20,700 bases of DNA from a candidate division WOR-3 bacterium (lineage in GTDB: Bacteria > Hydrothermota > Tepidihabitantia > Tepidihabitantales > Tepidihabitantaceae), in NCBI GenBank assembly GCA_039801225.1, contig JBDRUH010000023.1, forward strand, positions 1 through 20,700, given 5' to 3'. Made by a program: the position numbers and the translations under genes. The notes under the pieces are model-generated. The model was not told where the DNA came from. It saw only the letters and a program-made list of their open reading frames with translations, and did not search any database. Positions 1 through 8,666 of this stretch are shown here, piece after piece. Position 1 is the stretch's first letter; each line of letters starts with the position of its first letter.

Positions 1-247
1 GCCGGAGGTGTCCGCTCAAACGGAGATGCAGGATTAAACTTTTGTTTTCGGTTAAATCAAAAATAAGATATTTACCCCTTCTCCCTACACCCTTAATCCT
101 CATTCCCGCCAATTCTAATCGGAATCGCTTTAAACCGGGAAAACCAACTATGTCGCGCCGGTTAAGAAGGACATTTTTAATCCTTCTCCCGACCAAAAAG
201 GGCGCCAAATGGCGCCGGATGGTCTCAACCTCTGGCAGTTCTGGCAA
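1..247 (-). CDS. mutM: Formamidopyrimidine-DNA glycosylase (Fpg/MutM), N-terminal part, runs off the window edge
   Basis: Manual translation from TTG at 247: MPELPEVETIRRHLAPFLVGRRIKNVLLNRRDIVGFPGLKRFRLELAGMRIKGVGRRGKYLIFDLTENKSLILHLRLSGHLR. Contains the PELPEVET, RRGKY and HLRLSG Fpg signatures; starts 3 nt after the S41 protease stop. Absent from the ORF track. Confidence 0.95.
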   Translation of the reverse strand, partial: MPELPEVETIRRHLAPFLVGRRIKNVLLNRRDIVGFPGLKRFRLELAGMRIKGVGRRGKYLIFDLTENKSLILHLRLSGHLR

Positions 248-250
248 CTT

Positions 251-1780
251 TTACTTCAACCCCTTGAGAATCTCTTCGGTTGAGTGCGCCGGCTTGAGGA
301 TTTCTATCGCTCTTTTGACATAAGGGTCACGACGCAGTCGCATTTCGTATTCACCGTGGAGACCGGCTATTTTCCCGCCAATTTCTATCTCAATTATCTC
401 AGCGATAAACTCTTTACCCGCCTCAAACTCCGCATCGGTGAACTCAACCTTCTTTTTGCGCAGGTAATCTTTGAACTCTTCAAGAACGCCTTCATCCGCC
501 TTAAAAGACATCTTCAAATCAGGATGGTTGTTGGCATATTCGGTCGCAAAGTCAAAGAAAATTGACCTGAGAATTCGGGCAGGAAGACCGGTTATCCTCT
601 GCGGAGCGATATAGATATCCGGTGCCACTCCACCCCCGCCGTAAAGAGAACGGCGCAAACTCCCTAATGTCCGATAGGTCTTTTTAATATCTCTTACAGT
701 ATCCCGCAAAACCACCTCACTTTTTTCCTGCGTTTTATTGATGCACCTACCGCTTGGGGTATACCAGTAGGCGGTGGTAAGTTTCATCGCAACTTCACTG
801 CCCAAGGGGTGGATGGTCTGGACCGAGCCTTTACCAAAGGTTGTATCACCAACGATCACCGCCCGCTCCCAATCCTGCAGCGCACCGGCAACTATCTCTG
901 CTGCTGAGGCGCTACTCTGGTCAACTAAAACCACCATTGGATAATCGGCATACCTGTCCTCGGTTTCGGCAACAAACTCCTGCTCACTTCCGGGAACCCT
1001 GCCTTTGGTCCGGACAATCAGTTTCCCCGGTCCTAAGAATAGGTCGGTAACCTCTTTACCCTCCTGAAGTAGACCGCCACCATTAAGCCGCAAATCCAGA
1101 ATCAGTTTCTGGGCACCAACTTCAAACAAAGAGTCTATTGCCCGGTGCACCTCCTTTGATGCCACCCGGGACACATCCGATAACCGGATGTAAGCGACCT
1201 CTTTATCAACCAATCCGGAAAAGGGCACCGCCTTGATATTTATAATCGCCCGGGTTAATTCAAAAGGAAGCAACTCCTGAACCCCGGGTCGGGCAACCTT
1301 GAATTTCACCTTTGTCCCGGGAGCACCGCGCAGAATCTTCACCGCATCCTCAGTAGTAAAACCTTGCGTGGACTTTCCTTCAATCTCAACGATTCGGTCT
1401 CCAGCCCGAATCCCAGCCCGTGCCGCCGGTGTTCCCTCTATTGGTGAAATAACCGTGAGATCATCATCCACCATTCCAATATGAATTCCAATGCCACCAA
1501 ACTGTGCCTCAGTTCTTATCCGCAACTCTTGAAAATCTCTCTCGTCCAGAAACTCGGAATACGGGTCAAGCGACCTCAGCATCCCTTTTACCCCCTCCCG
1601 AACCAGTTTCTCGCCGTTCACCGGCTCAACATAGGTATTCAAAATAATTCCAATCACCTTACTGAACATCTGTAAACTTTCCGCCAAGTTTGGCTGCCTT
1701 TGTGCCCACAACCTCCCGACTACGCTACCAACAAATCCGGCAAAAATCACCGCACTGATTAAAAATATCCGCCTTTTCAT
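251..1780 (-). CDS. ctpA: C-terminal processing protease, S41 family (CtpA/Prc-like) with PDZ domain
   Basis: N-terminal hydrophobic segment, LDPYS, PDZ (GIGI...GTPAARAGIRAGDRI), DLRLNGGG, SASAAEIVAGALQD, TFGKGSVQ, YTPSGR; GGAGGAG RBS upstream. Confidence 0.93.
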   Translation of the reverse strand: MKRRIFLISAVIFAGFVGSVVGRLWAQRQPNLAESLQMFSKVIGIILNTYVEPVNGEKLVREGVKGMLRSLDPYSEFLDERDFQELRIRTEAQFGGIGIHIGMVDDDLTVISPIEGTPAARAGIRAGDRIVEIEGKSTQGFTTEDAVKILRGAPGTKVKFKVARPGVQELLPFELTRAIINIKAVPFSGLVDKEVAYIRLSDVSRVASKEVHRAIDSLFEVGAQKLILDLRLNGGGLLQEGKEVTDLFLGPGKLIVRTKGRVPGSEQEFVAETEDRYADYPMVVLVDQSSASAAEIVAGALQDWERAVIVGDTTFGKGSVQTIHPLGSEVAMKLTTAYWYTPSGRCINKTQEKSEVVLRDTVRDIKKTYRTLGSLRRSLYGGGGVAPDIYIAPQRITGLPARILRSIFFDFATEYANNHPDLKMSFKADEGVLEEFKDYLRKKKVEFTDAEFEAGKEFIAEIIEIEIGGKIAGLHGEYEMRLRRDPYVKRAIEILKPAHSTEEILKGLK

Positions 1781-2427
1781 TTACTCCTCCCGGGTTTCTT
1801 CAGGCATCTTTTCTCTAACAATCCTTCCACTAGCCCGCAAATCTCGGTAAAAATCTCCTCCACCGGTCTTGAACCTGTTACTATCTTTATTCTCTTAGGT
1901 GCCCGACGGGCAAGCCGGAGATATCCCTCGCGAACCCGTTCATGAAAATTTACCCCCTCCTGTTCCAGCCTATCAAGAGCGCCATTCTTCTTCCGCTTTT
2001 GCCCCACCGCCACCGGCACATCAACAAAAATTGTCAGATGGGGCCTGAGTCCGCCAGTTACTATCTTATTCCACCGGGCAACCAACTTTTCTCCTAAACC
2101 CCGCGCATAACCCTGATAGGCAATAGAAGAGTCGGCAAACCGGTCAAGAACTACTATCTTCCCCTTCTGCAGGGCGGGTAAAACCTTTTCCCGGACAACC
2201 TGATTCCGGCTGGCAAGATATAAAAAAAGTTCAGTTCTGGGCTCCATCCCTTTTAACCCCGGGTCAAGGAGAATCTCACGGATTCGCTCACCGATTTCGG
2301 TGCCACCAGGTTCCCGAGAAAATTCAACCTCATATCCCCTTTTTCTTAGATAATCGGTTAAAAGTTGTGCCTGAGTGGACTTCCCGGAACCTTCAATCCC
2401 TTCAAAGGTGATAAAAGTCCCCCACAT
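1777..2427 (-). CDS. tmk: Thymidylate kinase
   Basis: FITFEGIEGSGKSTQ P-loop, REPGGT, DRFADSSIAYQG. Confidence 0.96.
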   Translation of the reverse strand: MWGTFITFEGIEGSGKSTQAQLLTDYLRKRGYEVEFSREPGGTEIGERIREILLDPGLKGMEPRTELFLYLASRNQVVREKVLPALQKGKIVVLDRFADSSIAYQGYARGLGEKLVARWNKIVTGGLRPHLTIFVDVPVAVGQKRKKNGALDRLEQEGVNFHERVREGYLRLARRAPKRIKIVTGSRPVEEIFTEICGLVEGLLEKRCLKKPGRSK

Positions 2428-2453
2428 CTCAAGAAGCCATCTACCTCCGCCAT

Positions 2454-3545
2454 CTACCTTTTGCCTTTGGCAATCTTATACCGGGCGATAAACGCCTCGG
2501 TTTTCTCCCGGCAGACATCATCAGGAAACTGAACCGGTGGGGTCTTCATAAAATAACTTGATGGCGCAACAATACTTCCGGAAAGCCCGTTATCCAGCGC
2601 CAGTTTGGCGCAACGAATCGCATCAATAACCACTCCGGCAGAGTTGGGCGAATCCCAGACCTCAAGTTTTAACTCAATATTCAATGGCACATCACCAAAG
2701 GTCTGCCCCTCCATCCGCAGATAACACCACTTCCGGTCGGTGAGCCAGGGAACATAATCCGAGGGACCGACATGGACATTATCAGCGCCAATATCATACT
2801 TCAAAAGCGAAGTTACCGCACCGGTCTTGGAAATCTTCTTGGAATGGAGCCGTTCCCGTTCCAGCATATTTAGAAAATCGGTATTCCCGCCCACATTCAA
2901 CTGCATTGTCCGCAGGAGTTTCACACCCCGGTCGTTAAAAAGTGAAACCAGGGTCCGATGGACAATCGTTGCTCCCACCTGTGACTTTATATCATCGCCG
3001 ATAACTGGTAGGCCAGCCGCTTTAAAACGGCGATGCCAGTATTTCTGGGAGGCGATAAACACCGGTATACAATTCACAAATGCACACCCCGCCTTCAAAA
3101 CCTGCTCCACATACCATTTCGTCGCCTCCTCACTTCCCACCGGTAGATAATTGACCACCACATCGGTTTTCGTCTCCTTCAGTTCCTTAACAATATCTGC
3201 GGTTGGACCGGGCGCCTTCTCAATTATCTGGGAAAGATAATACCCCAAACCATCATGGGTCATCCCTCTGATCACCTTCACCCCGGACTTCGGCACCTCG
3301 GCAAACTTATAAGTGTTGTTGGGATAGGTAAAAATTGCCTGCGAAAGGTCTTTTCCCACCTTTCGCTTATCAATATCTATTGCTACCGAAAACTCAATGT
3401 CATTAATATGGTAGCCACCGAGGTTCACATGCATTATACCGGGGATAAATTCACCTTCCTTAGCATTCCGGTAATAATGGACACCCTGCACCAGACTGCT
3501 GGCGCAATTACCTACACCGATAATACCTACTCTTATCTTAGGCAT
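2454..3545 (-). CDS. ino1: Inositol-3-phosphate (myo-inositol-1-phosphate) synthase
   Basis: [56 protein letters not shown] motifs; AGGAGG RBS. Confidence 0.95.
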   Translation of the reverse strand: MPKIRVGIIGVGNCASSLVQGVHYYRNAKEGEFIPGIMHVNLGGYHINDIEFSVAIDIDKRKVGKDLSQAIFTYPNNTYKFAEVPKSGVKVIRGMTHDGLGYYLSQIIEKAPGPTADIVKELKETKTDVVVNYLPVGSEEATKWYVEQVLKAGCAFVNCIPVFIASQKYWHRRFKAAGLPVIGDDIKSQVGATIVHRTLVSLFNDRGVKLLRTMQLNVGGNTDFLNMLERERLHSKKISKTGAVTSLLKYDIGADNVHVGPSDYVPWLTDRKWCYLRMEGQTFGDVPLNIELKLEVWDSPNSAGVVIDAIRCAKLALDNGLSGSIVAPSSYFMKTPPVQFPDDVCREKTEAFIARYKIAKGKR

Positions 3546-3598
3546 TATTCCTCCTGTTATTCAATATCTCTTATAAATTAAACACTTTTCTCTTTTTG

Positions 3599-4249
3599 TC
3601 AAACCGACAAAATGTTCCCTAAGAACGGGTTTACCAAAAGCGCCCGACCAAAACTACCGGTTGGACCGTGACCGGGATAAAGCATTGTCTCTCTCTTCAA
3701 AATCCGCTGCAACCGGGCAAGTGAGTTCTGCATCTGCAGTTCCGAGCCTCCCGGCAGGTCAACTCTCCCTATTGAATCTAAAAACAGCGTATCACCGGTA
3801 AAGACATAACCACTTCCTATTAGGCAGATACTACCTGGCGTATGCCCGGGTGTATGGACAACACTCAAACTCTCCTTACCTACAACTATCTCATCCCCCT
3901 CAGCCAGAAATCCACTGGGCTTAGGTGAATTTATTTCCATTCCCATCATCATCGCCAAGTTAATTTCCGGCTGGACGAGCATCATCTCATCCAGTTGATG
4001 AATTAAAATCTCGGCACCTGTTGCCTCAACCACCTCGCCATTTGCGGCGATATGGTCAATGTGGCCGTGAGTATTAATCACCCACTTAACCTCTCCTCCA
4101 AGTTCCTGCACCTTATTAAGAATTCGTTCACCATCACCTCCCGGGTCTATAACCACCATCTCCTCTCCGCACTTTAATATGTAACAGTTGGTCAGCAAAG
4201 GTCCAACCTCAAGTCGCTCAATCCTCAAATCCTCAGGCCGGGGGCTCAT
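3599..4249 (-). CDS. MBL-fold metallo-hydrolase (glyoxalase II-like)
   Basis: THGHIDHI, HTPGHTPG, FTGDTLF, PGHG motifs. Start set at ATG 4249, which overlaps the ogt stop (ATGA coupling), rather than 4270. Confidence 0.88.
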   Translation of the reverse strand: MSPRPEDLRIERLEVGPLLTNCYILKCGEEMVVIDPGGDGERILNKVQELGGEVKWVINTHGHIDHIAANGEVVEATGAEILIHQLDEMMLVQPEINLAMMMGMEINSPKPSGFLAEGDEIVVGKESLSVVHTPGHTPGSICLIGSGYVFTGDTLFLDSIGRVDLPGGSELQMQNSLARLQRILKRETMLYPGHGPTGSFGRALLVNPFLGNILSV

Positions 4250-4815
4250 CTCAAAACCCTCGCATTCCAACCATCGCCTATAACCCGCCAGCCCTCAGCC
4301 TCCAAAAGTCCAATTTTCATCTTTAGACCACCGGCAAAACCGCCCAATCGCCCATCTTTCGCCACAACCCGGTGACAGGGAATTAACAGGGGAAAAGGAT
4401 TGTTTGCCATAACCTGACCAACCGCCCTTGCTCCCTTAGGCTTACCAATCGCCCTTGCCAACTCTTTATAACTCATCACCTCACCCGGCTTTATTTTAGC
4501 ACACATATTTAAAACCTTCCTGGCGAACTCAGAAAGACCGCTACCATCAATACAACGCAGCCGCTTAGGAATTTTTCTTCCTTCCAGCACACTTTTAATC
4601 TCCTGGGCAAGTTTTCTGTCCCCCTCTCCCCTGCCTCTATTTATTAACTCAACCCGACTCACCACTCCCAGCTCCCAGACAACTTTAACCCAGCCAACCT
4701 TTCTCCTCTGCCTTCCATAACCACACCATATTTTTGCCATCCGGGTCTCAGTCGAATCGACCCTCATCGGGTCGAGACACCCGATTCGGGAGGGGCATCT
4801 TTCTAAATCTTTCAT
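4246..4815 (-). CDS. ogt: Methylated-DNA--protein-cysteine methyltransferase (MGMT)
   Basis: SYKELA, ARAVGQVMANNP, IPCHRVV active-site motif. Start is ambiguous: ATG 4815 (leaderless position) or ATG 4740. Confidence 0.88.
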   Translation of the reverse strand: MKDLERCPSRIGCLDPMRVDSTETRMAKIWCGYGRQRRKVGWVKVVWELGVVSRVELINRGRGEGDRKLAQEIKSVLEGRKIPKRLRCIDGSGLSEFARKVLNMCAKIKPGEVMSYKELARAIGKPKGARAVGQVMANNPFPLLIPCHRVVAKDGRLGGFAGGLKMKIGLLEAEGWRVIGDGWNARVLR

Positions 4816-4821
4816 TCAATA

Positions 4822-4849
4822 ATCTTAAACTCACCTAAAAAAAAGTCAA
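4822..4849 (-). promoter_or_regulatory. Sigma70-like promoter for the ogt-MBL unit
   Basis: TTGACT-N16-TAAGAT, with ATG 4815 six nt downstream of the -10. Confidence 0.6.
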
Positions 4850-4879
4850 TTTTACTCCACTCGTTTGACAAATTCCCAC

Positions 4880-4912
4880 ACAAACAAACAAAGGGGCGGT
4901 AAAACCGCCCCT
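4880..4912 (-). terminator. Intrinsic terminator after asnA
   Basis: Perfect 9-bp stem AGGGGCGGT/ACCGCCCCT (4892-4912) followed on the minus strand by TTGTTTGTTTG; 20 nt after the asnA stop. Confidence 0.85.
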
Positions 4913-4931
4913 CCGTAACTATCGCCTGGTG

Positions 4932-6188
4932 CTATTTCAAGACATAGATATTATGCTTCTCGCAGATTTCGTGGAGTTGTTTTGGCCAGACCGTAACCGT
5001 CACCTCGCCCAGATGTGCCTTGCGCAATAAAAGCATATAGGTGCGTCCCTGACCAATGCCACCGCCAATAGAAAGGGGAACTTCGTCATTCATTATCATT
5101 CGGTGGTAGGGGAGGGACAGCCGGTCAAGTTGCCCAGCCATCTCCAACTGTAACTTCAGCGTCTCCTTGGTCACCCGGATACCCATTGAAGAAAGTTCGT
5201 GCCGGCGCTTCGTTAGATGGTTCCAGACCAGGATGTCGCCATTCAAACCGTGAGTCTCTTTACCGGTCCATTGGGAGGTATCAGTAATCCAGTCGTCATA
5301 ATCCGCCGCCCGCATCTCATGCGGCATACCATCTTTTAGCGGATAACCGATGCCGATGATGAACACCGCTGGTGCAACCTCCTGCAGCAACCTGGTCTCG
5401 CGCTGCTTGCGCGGCAGGTCCGGATACATATCTAAGATTTCCTCGGCATGGATAAATACCAGTTCCTTTGGGAGATTGGGATAGCGCGGGTCCTTCAGTT
5501 GTGGATACATCTCCTGAACGAACTCTTCGGCACCGGTTAGAACCTTCCATATTTTCCTGACCGTATCCTTCAAATACTCTAAGTTACGGTCCTCAGCACG
5601 AATTACCTTCTCCCAGTCCCACTGGTCAACATAAGAGGAGTGGTCGTGGTCAAGAAAATAGTCCTTGCGCACCGCCCGCATATCGGTATTGATACCCTCG
5701 CCCACCTTACAGCCGAACTGCTTCAGAGCCCACCGCTTCCACTTCGTTGCCGCCTGAACAATCTGGGCATTTATCCTCGGAGATATCCCCAATCCGCAGG
5801 GAAACTCAACCGGAGTTCTGGAGCCATCTCGGTCAAGATTGTCGTTCATCCCGCTTTCCCGTTCAACGATCAGTGGCACCTGAACCATCTGCAGATTCAA
5901 CTCCCGGGCCAGACCATCCTCAATATAGCGCTTTACCGCAAAAAGCGCCTTCATTGTCTCCATATTGTTGAGAATCGGCTGATAATCTTTGGGCAGGACC
6001 TTCTCCACCTCTTCATAGGTGCCGACACCTGGTCCGGCAAGGTCGGCGCGCTTTTTCTCTAATATTGAAGGCGCCTCTACTACCGGCTTTACCTTTCGGA
6101 CCTTCTTCGCCACCTTCTTCACCACCTTCTTCACCGGCTTTTTCTTCTTTGTGGTCTGCCTAATTGGTTTCTTTGTCTTCTTCTTCAT
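4932..6188 (-). CDS. asnA: Aspartate--ammonia ligase (AsnA) with Lys-rich N-terminal extension
   Basis: GMNDNLD, KWKRWAL, HSSYVDQWDWEKVI, RAADYDDW, GLNGDIL, ELSSMGIRV, SIGGGIGQGR; AAGGAG RBS. Confidence 0.95.
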   Translation of the reverse strand: MKKKTKKPIRQTTKKKKPVKKVVKKVAKKVRKVKPVVEAPSILEKKRADLAGPGVGTYEEVEKVLPKDYQPILNNMETMKALFAVKRYIEDGLARELNLQMVQVPLIVERESGMNDNLDRDGSRTPVEFPCGLGISPRINAQIVQAATKWKRWALKQFGCKVGEGINTDMRAVRKDYFLDHDHSSYVDQWDWEKVIRAEDRNLEYLKDTVRKIWKVLTGAEEFVQEMYPQLKDPRYPNLPKELVFIHAEEILDMYPDLPRKQRETRLLQEVAPAVFIIGIGYPLKDGMPHEMRAADYDDWITDTSQWTGKETHGLNGDILVWNHLTKRRHELSSMGIRVTKETLKLQLEMAGQLDRLSLPYHRMIMNDEVPLSIGGGIGQGRTYMLLLRKAHLGEVTVTVWPKQLHEICEKHNIYVLK

Positions 6189-6343
6189 ATTGCTCCTTTC
6201 AATTGTTTGTGATTTTCTACCTCAAAATTCACCATTCCATAGAAGGCAATGGCTCACAAAAAGGTTTTAACTTTTCTTTAAGCCTGATACGGAGAATCCT
6301 CAGAATGACCGAAAAGTGTTCTACTTGGTCATTCCGCACAATA

Positions 6344-6372
6344 ATTTTATCCTATAATATCGCGCTTGTCAA
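6344..6372 (-). promoter_or_regulatory. Sigma70-like promoter for asnA (implies a ~150-nt 5' leader)
   Basis: TTGACA-N17-TAAAAT, near consensus. Confidence 0.7.
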
Positions 6373-6382
6373 AGAAATGGCA

Positions 6383-6417
6383 TCCATCCTCCATCATCCG
6401 CCTTCCATCCTCCGACT
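6383..6417. repeat. Five degenerate heptamer tandem repeats
   Basis: tccatcc tccatca tccgcct tccatcc tccgact, read directly. Confidence 0.8.
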
Positions 6418-6418
6418 T

Positions 6419-6442
6419 TGCAAACCTAAAGGTTTGCCCTAC
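6419..6442 (-). repeat. GTAG-type REP element (copy A)
   Basis: Reverse complement GTAGG-GCAAACCT-TT-AGGTTTGC-A; related copies at 11875, 13359, 15598 and 15630. Confidence 0.85.
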
Positions 6443-6495
6443 ACGGGACACGGTCACGGAGCCGTCCACGGTCAACGGACACGGGGCACGGTCAC
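6442..6495. repeat. CACGG-core 6-7 nt tandem repeat array (~8 units)
   Basis: cacggga cacggt cacggag ccgtc cacggt caacgga cacgggg cacggt cac. Confidence 0.8.
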
Positions 6496-6806
6496 TCCGT
6501 TTTCTTCTCTGTGATAGAACCTACAATGCAGGGCAGACTGCGGTTATGGGGCTAGCCCCGGGCATACCCAAGAATTTTAGGGTTGTTGTCATAACATATT
6601 CCAATTCAATAACTTAATATTGGAATACTATAGAAAAATTCGTGCATTTTTGTGCACATATGCACATAATTATCTTTACGCTCGCACCCGAAGTCCTCGT
6701 AACTATAGTGAAGCAATCCCTTATGTAGTGTGCCTCCGAAAAAGGGAAGTCCGATTCGGGCTCTACATATGTGGTTGGCTAAGTTTGCCCTTTAAGACAA
6801 AAGTTA

Positions 6807-7745
6807 TTACTGATGATGAGATTCGGTGAGATATTTGTGGGTCATCATTCCGGCGACGGCACCATCGCCGACCGCCGTGGCAATCTGACGGACTGTTTTC
6901 TTTCTGACATCACCAGCGGCAAACACCCCCGGAATATTAGTCTGGAGGTTGTCGTCAGTTATAATAAAACCCGCTTCGTCAAGGTTTATTCTTCCCTGGC
7001 AGAAGCCGGTGTTGGGAATGAGCCCAGCATAGATGAAAAGACCAGCAACTGGTAGCGGATTTACACTACCGGTTTTGAGGTCTTTAACCTGAAGAAATTC
7101 TAAATGGTTTTCACCATAAATGCCCACCACTGTGTGTGACAATAGTAGCCTGATTTTGGGATTGGCACGAATTCGGTCCTGAGTTATTTTTGCTGCCCGA
7201 AACTCATCCCGGCGGTGAATAAGGTGAACCCGGGAACAGAAGCGGGTAAGGAACTCTGCCTCTTCTAACGCCGAGTCGCCACCACCAACAACCGCCACCT
7301 CCTTATTCCGGAATAGCGGACCGTCGCAGACGGCGCAGTAGGAGACACCTTTACCGGTGAGTTCTTTTTCTCCAGGCACTTCCAAATTTCTTGGCTTGGT
7401 GCCGGTGGCGATAATTACTGCACCGGGGTTGAACTCGCCATCGGTTGTTTCTACAGCAAGGCTAAAGCCTTGCCCGCCATCTATATTCCTAATCCCGGTT
7501 ACTTCAGCCGTCTTAAACTCACAGCCAAAATGGCGTGCCTGCTGCTCCATCGCCTGAACCAGTTCTATGGCATTGATTGGTCGGGCAAACCCGGGATAGT
7601 TTTCTACTATTGCGGTCTTGGTAATCTGTCCACCAATAAGTTCTTTTTCTAAGATTAAGACCGAATGTCCAGCCCGGCTGGCATAGATACCGGCAGTAAG
7701 ACCGGCAGGTCCGGCGCCGATAATTAAAACATCAGGTTGCGGCAT
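6807..7745 (-). CDS. trxB: Thioredoxin-disulfide reductase
   Basis: GAGPAGLTA, VENYPG, GVSYCAVCDG redox motif, GGGDSALEEA, HRRDEFRA, FAAGDVR. Confidence 0.96.
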   Translation of the reverse strand: MPQPDVLIIGAGPAGLTAGIYASRAGHSVLILEKELIGGQITKTAIVENYPGFARPINAIELVQAMEQQARHFGCEFKTAEVTGIRNIDGGQGFSLAVETTDGEFNPGAVIIATGTKPRNLEVPGEKELTGKGVSYCAVCDGPLFRNKEVAVVGGGDSALEEAEFLTRFCSRVHLIHRRDEFRAAKITQDRIRANPKIRLLLSHTVVGIYGENHLEFLQVKDLKTGSVNPLPVAGLFIYAGLIPNTGFCQGRINLDEAGFIITDDNLQTNIPGVFAAGDVRKKTVRQIATAVGDGAVAGMMTHKYLTESHHQ

Positions 7746-8664
7746 TACTCAGAAGTTTTGCCAGAATTGCCCGCTGAATATGAAGGCGGTTTTCCGCCTG
7801 GTCAAATACAATGGAGTGCGGTCCGTCCAGAACATCGTCGGTTATCTCTTCACCCCGATGTGCCGGCAGACAGTGAAGGACTTTGACAGTGGGCTTTGCC
7901 TGAGAAAGGAGAGATTGATTTACCTGATAGGGGCGGAAAATCTGCCGTCTTTGTTCCACCTCATTCTCCTGTCCCATTGATGCCCAGACATCGGTATAAA
8001 CAAAATCGGCATCCTTTACCGCCTCACCCGCCTCATAGGTAAATATGAACTCAGCACCGCTTTTTGCCGCAAACTGAAGGGCTTTTGTCTTTATTTCGTT
8101 ATTAGGTTCAAATCCTTTAGGCGTTGCTACTCGCAGGTTAATCCCTAAGATTCCGGTAGCAAGCATCAAGGAGTGGCAGACATTGTTACCGTCCCCTACC
8201 CAGGCGATGGTAACCCCTTCAAGTTTTCCATAATGGTCTAATATGGTCAGTATATCGGCAAGAATCTGGCAGGGATGCTCAAGGTCAGAAAGGGCATTTA
8301 TTACTGGAATTGTGGCGTTTTCTGCTAAACCGGTAACCTTTTCGTGTTCAAATACCCGGGCGATGATGCAGTCAACCCAGCGGGAAAGATTTCGGGCAAC
8401 ATCGGGCACACTCTCCCGTGTGCCCAGTCCGATGTCAACCGGGCTTAAATATATGCTTTCTGCCCCAAGTTGCTGAAGCGCCCGTTCAAATGTAACCCGG
8501 GTGCGAAGACTGGGCTTTTCAAAAATTAAAACCCCCATCTTACCAAAGGCGATATTGAGCACCCTCTTATTCTGGATTTCCTTCTTCAGCCACCGCGCCT
8601 CCTCAAGAAGAGATAAAATCTCCTCCTGAGATAAGTCAGCAATAGAAACCAAATCTTTTTTCAT
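7732..8664 (-). CDS. argF: Ornithine carbamoyltransferase
   Basis: EKPSLRTRVTFE, HPCQILAD, GDGNNV, TDVWASMGQE (ornithine SMG loop), HCLPAHRGEE, DQAENRLH. Confidence 0.94.
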   Translation of the reverse strand: MKKDLVSIADLSQEEILSLLEEARWLKKEIQNKRVLNIAFGKMGVLIFEKPSLRTRVTFERALQQLGAESIYLSPVDIGLGTRESVPDVARNLSRWVDCIIARVFEHEKVTGLAENATIPVINALSDLEHPCQILADILTILDHYGKLEGVTIAWVGDGNNVCHSLMLATGILGINLRVATPKGFEPNNEIKTKALQFAAKSGAEFIFTYEAGEAVKDADFVYTDVWASMGQENEVEQRRQIFRPYQVNQSLLSQAKPTVKVLHCLPAHRGEEITDDVLDGPHSIVFDQAENRLHIQRAILAKLLSNAAT

Positions 8665-8666
8665 AA

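Noticed and set aside
6189..6337. T-box leader for asnA
   Set aside because: No GGUGGNACC antiterminator bulge or terminator is visible, and the leader is short for a full T-box.
6383..6500. CRISPR array
   Set aside because: Units are 6-7 nt and tandem, with no unique spacers and no cas genes.
6164..6829. Plus-strand ORFs 6164-6514, 6366-6617 and 6620-6829
   Set aside because: They run through promoters and repeats, lack an RBS and have no recognisable motifs.
8490..8520. SLRT carbamoyl-phosphate motif suggesting N-acetyl/N-succinylornithine transcarbamylase
   Set aside because: The protein retains DVWASMG and HCLPAHRG, typical of canonical OTCase.
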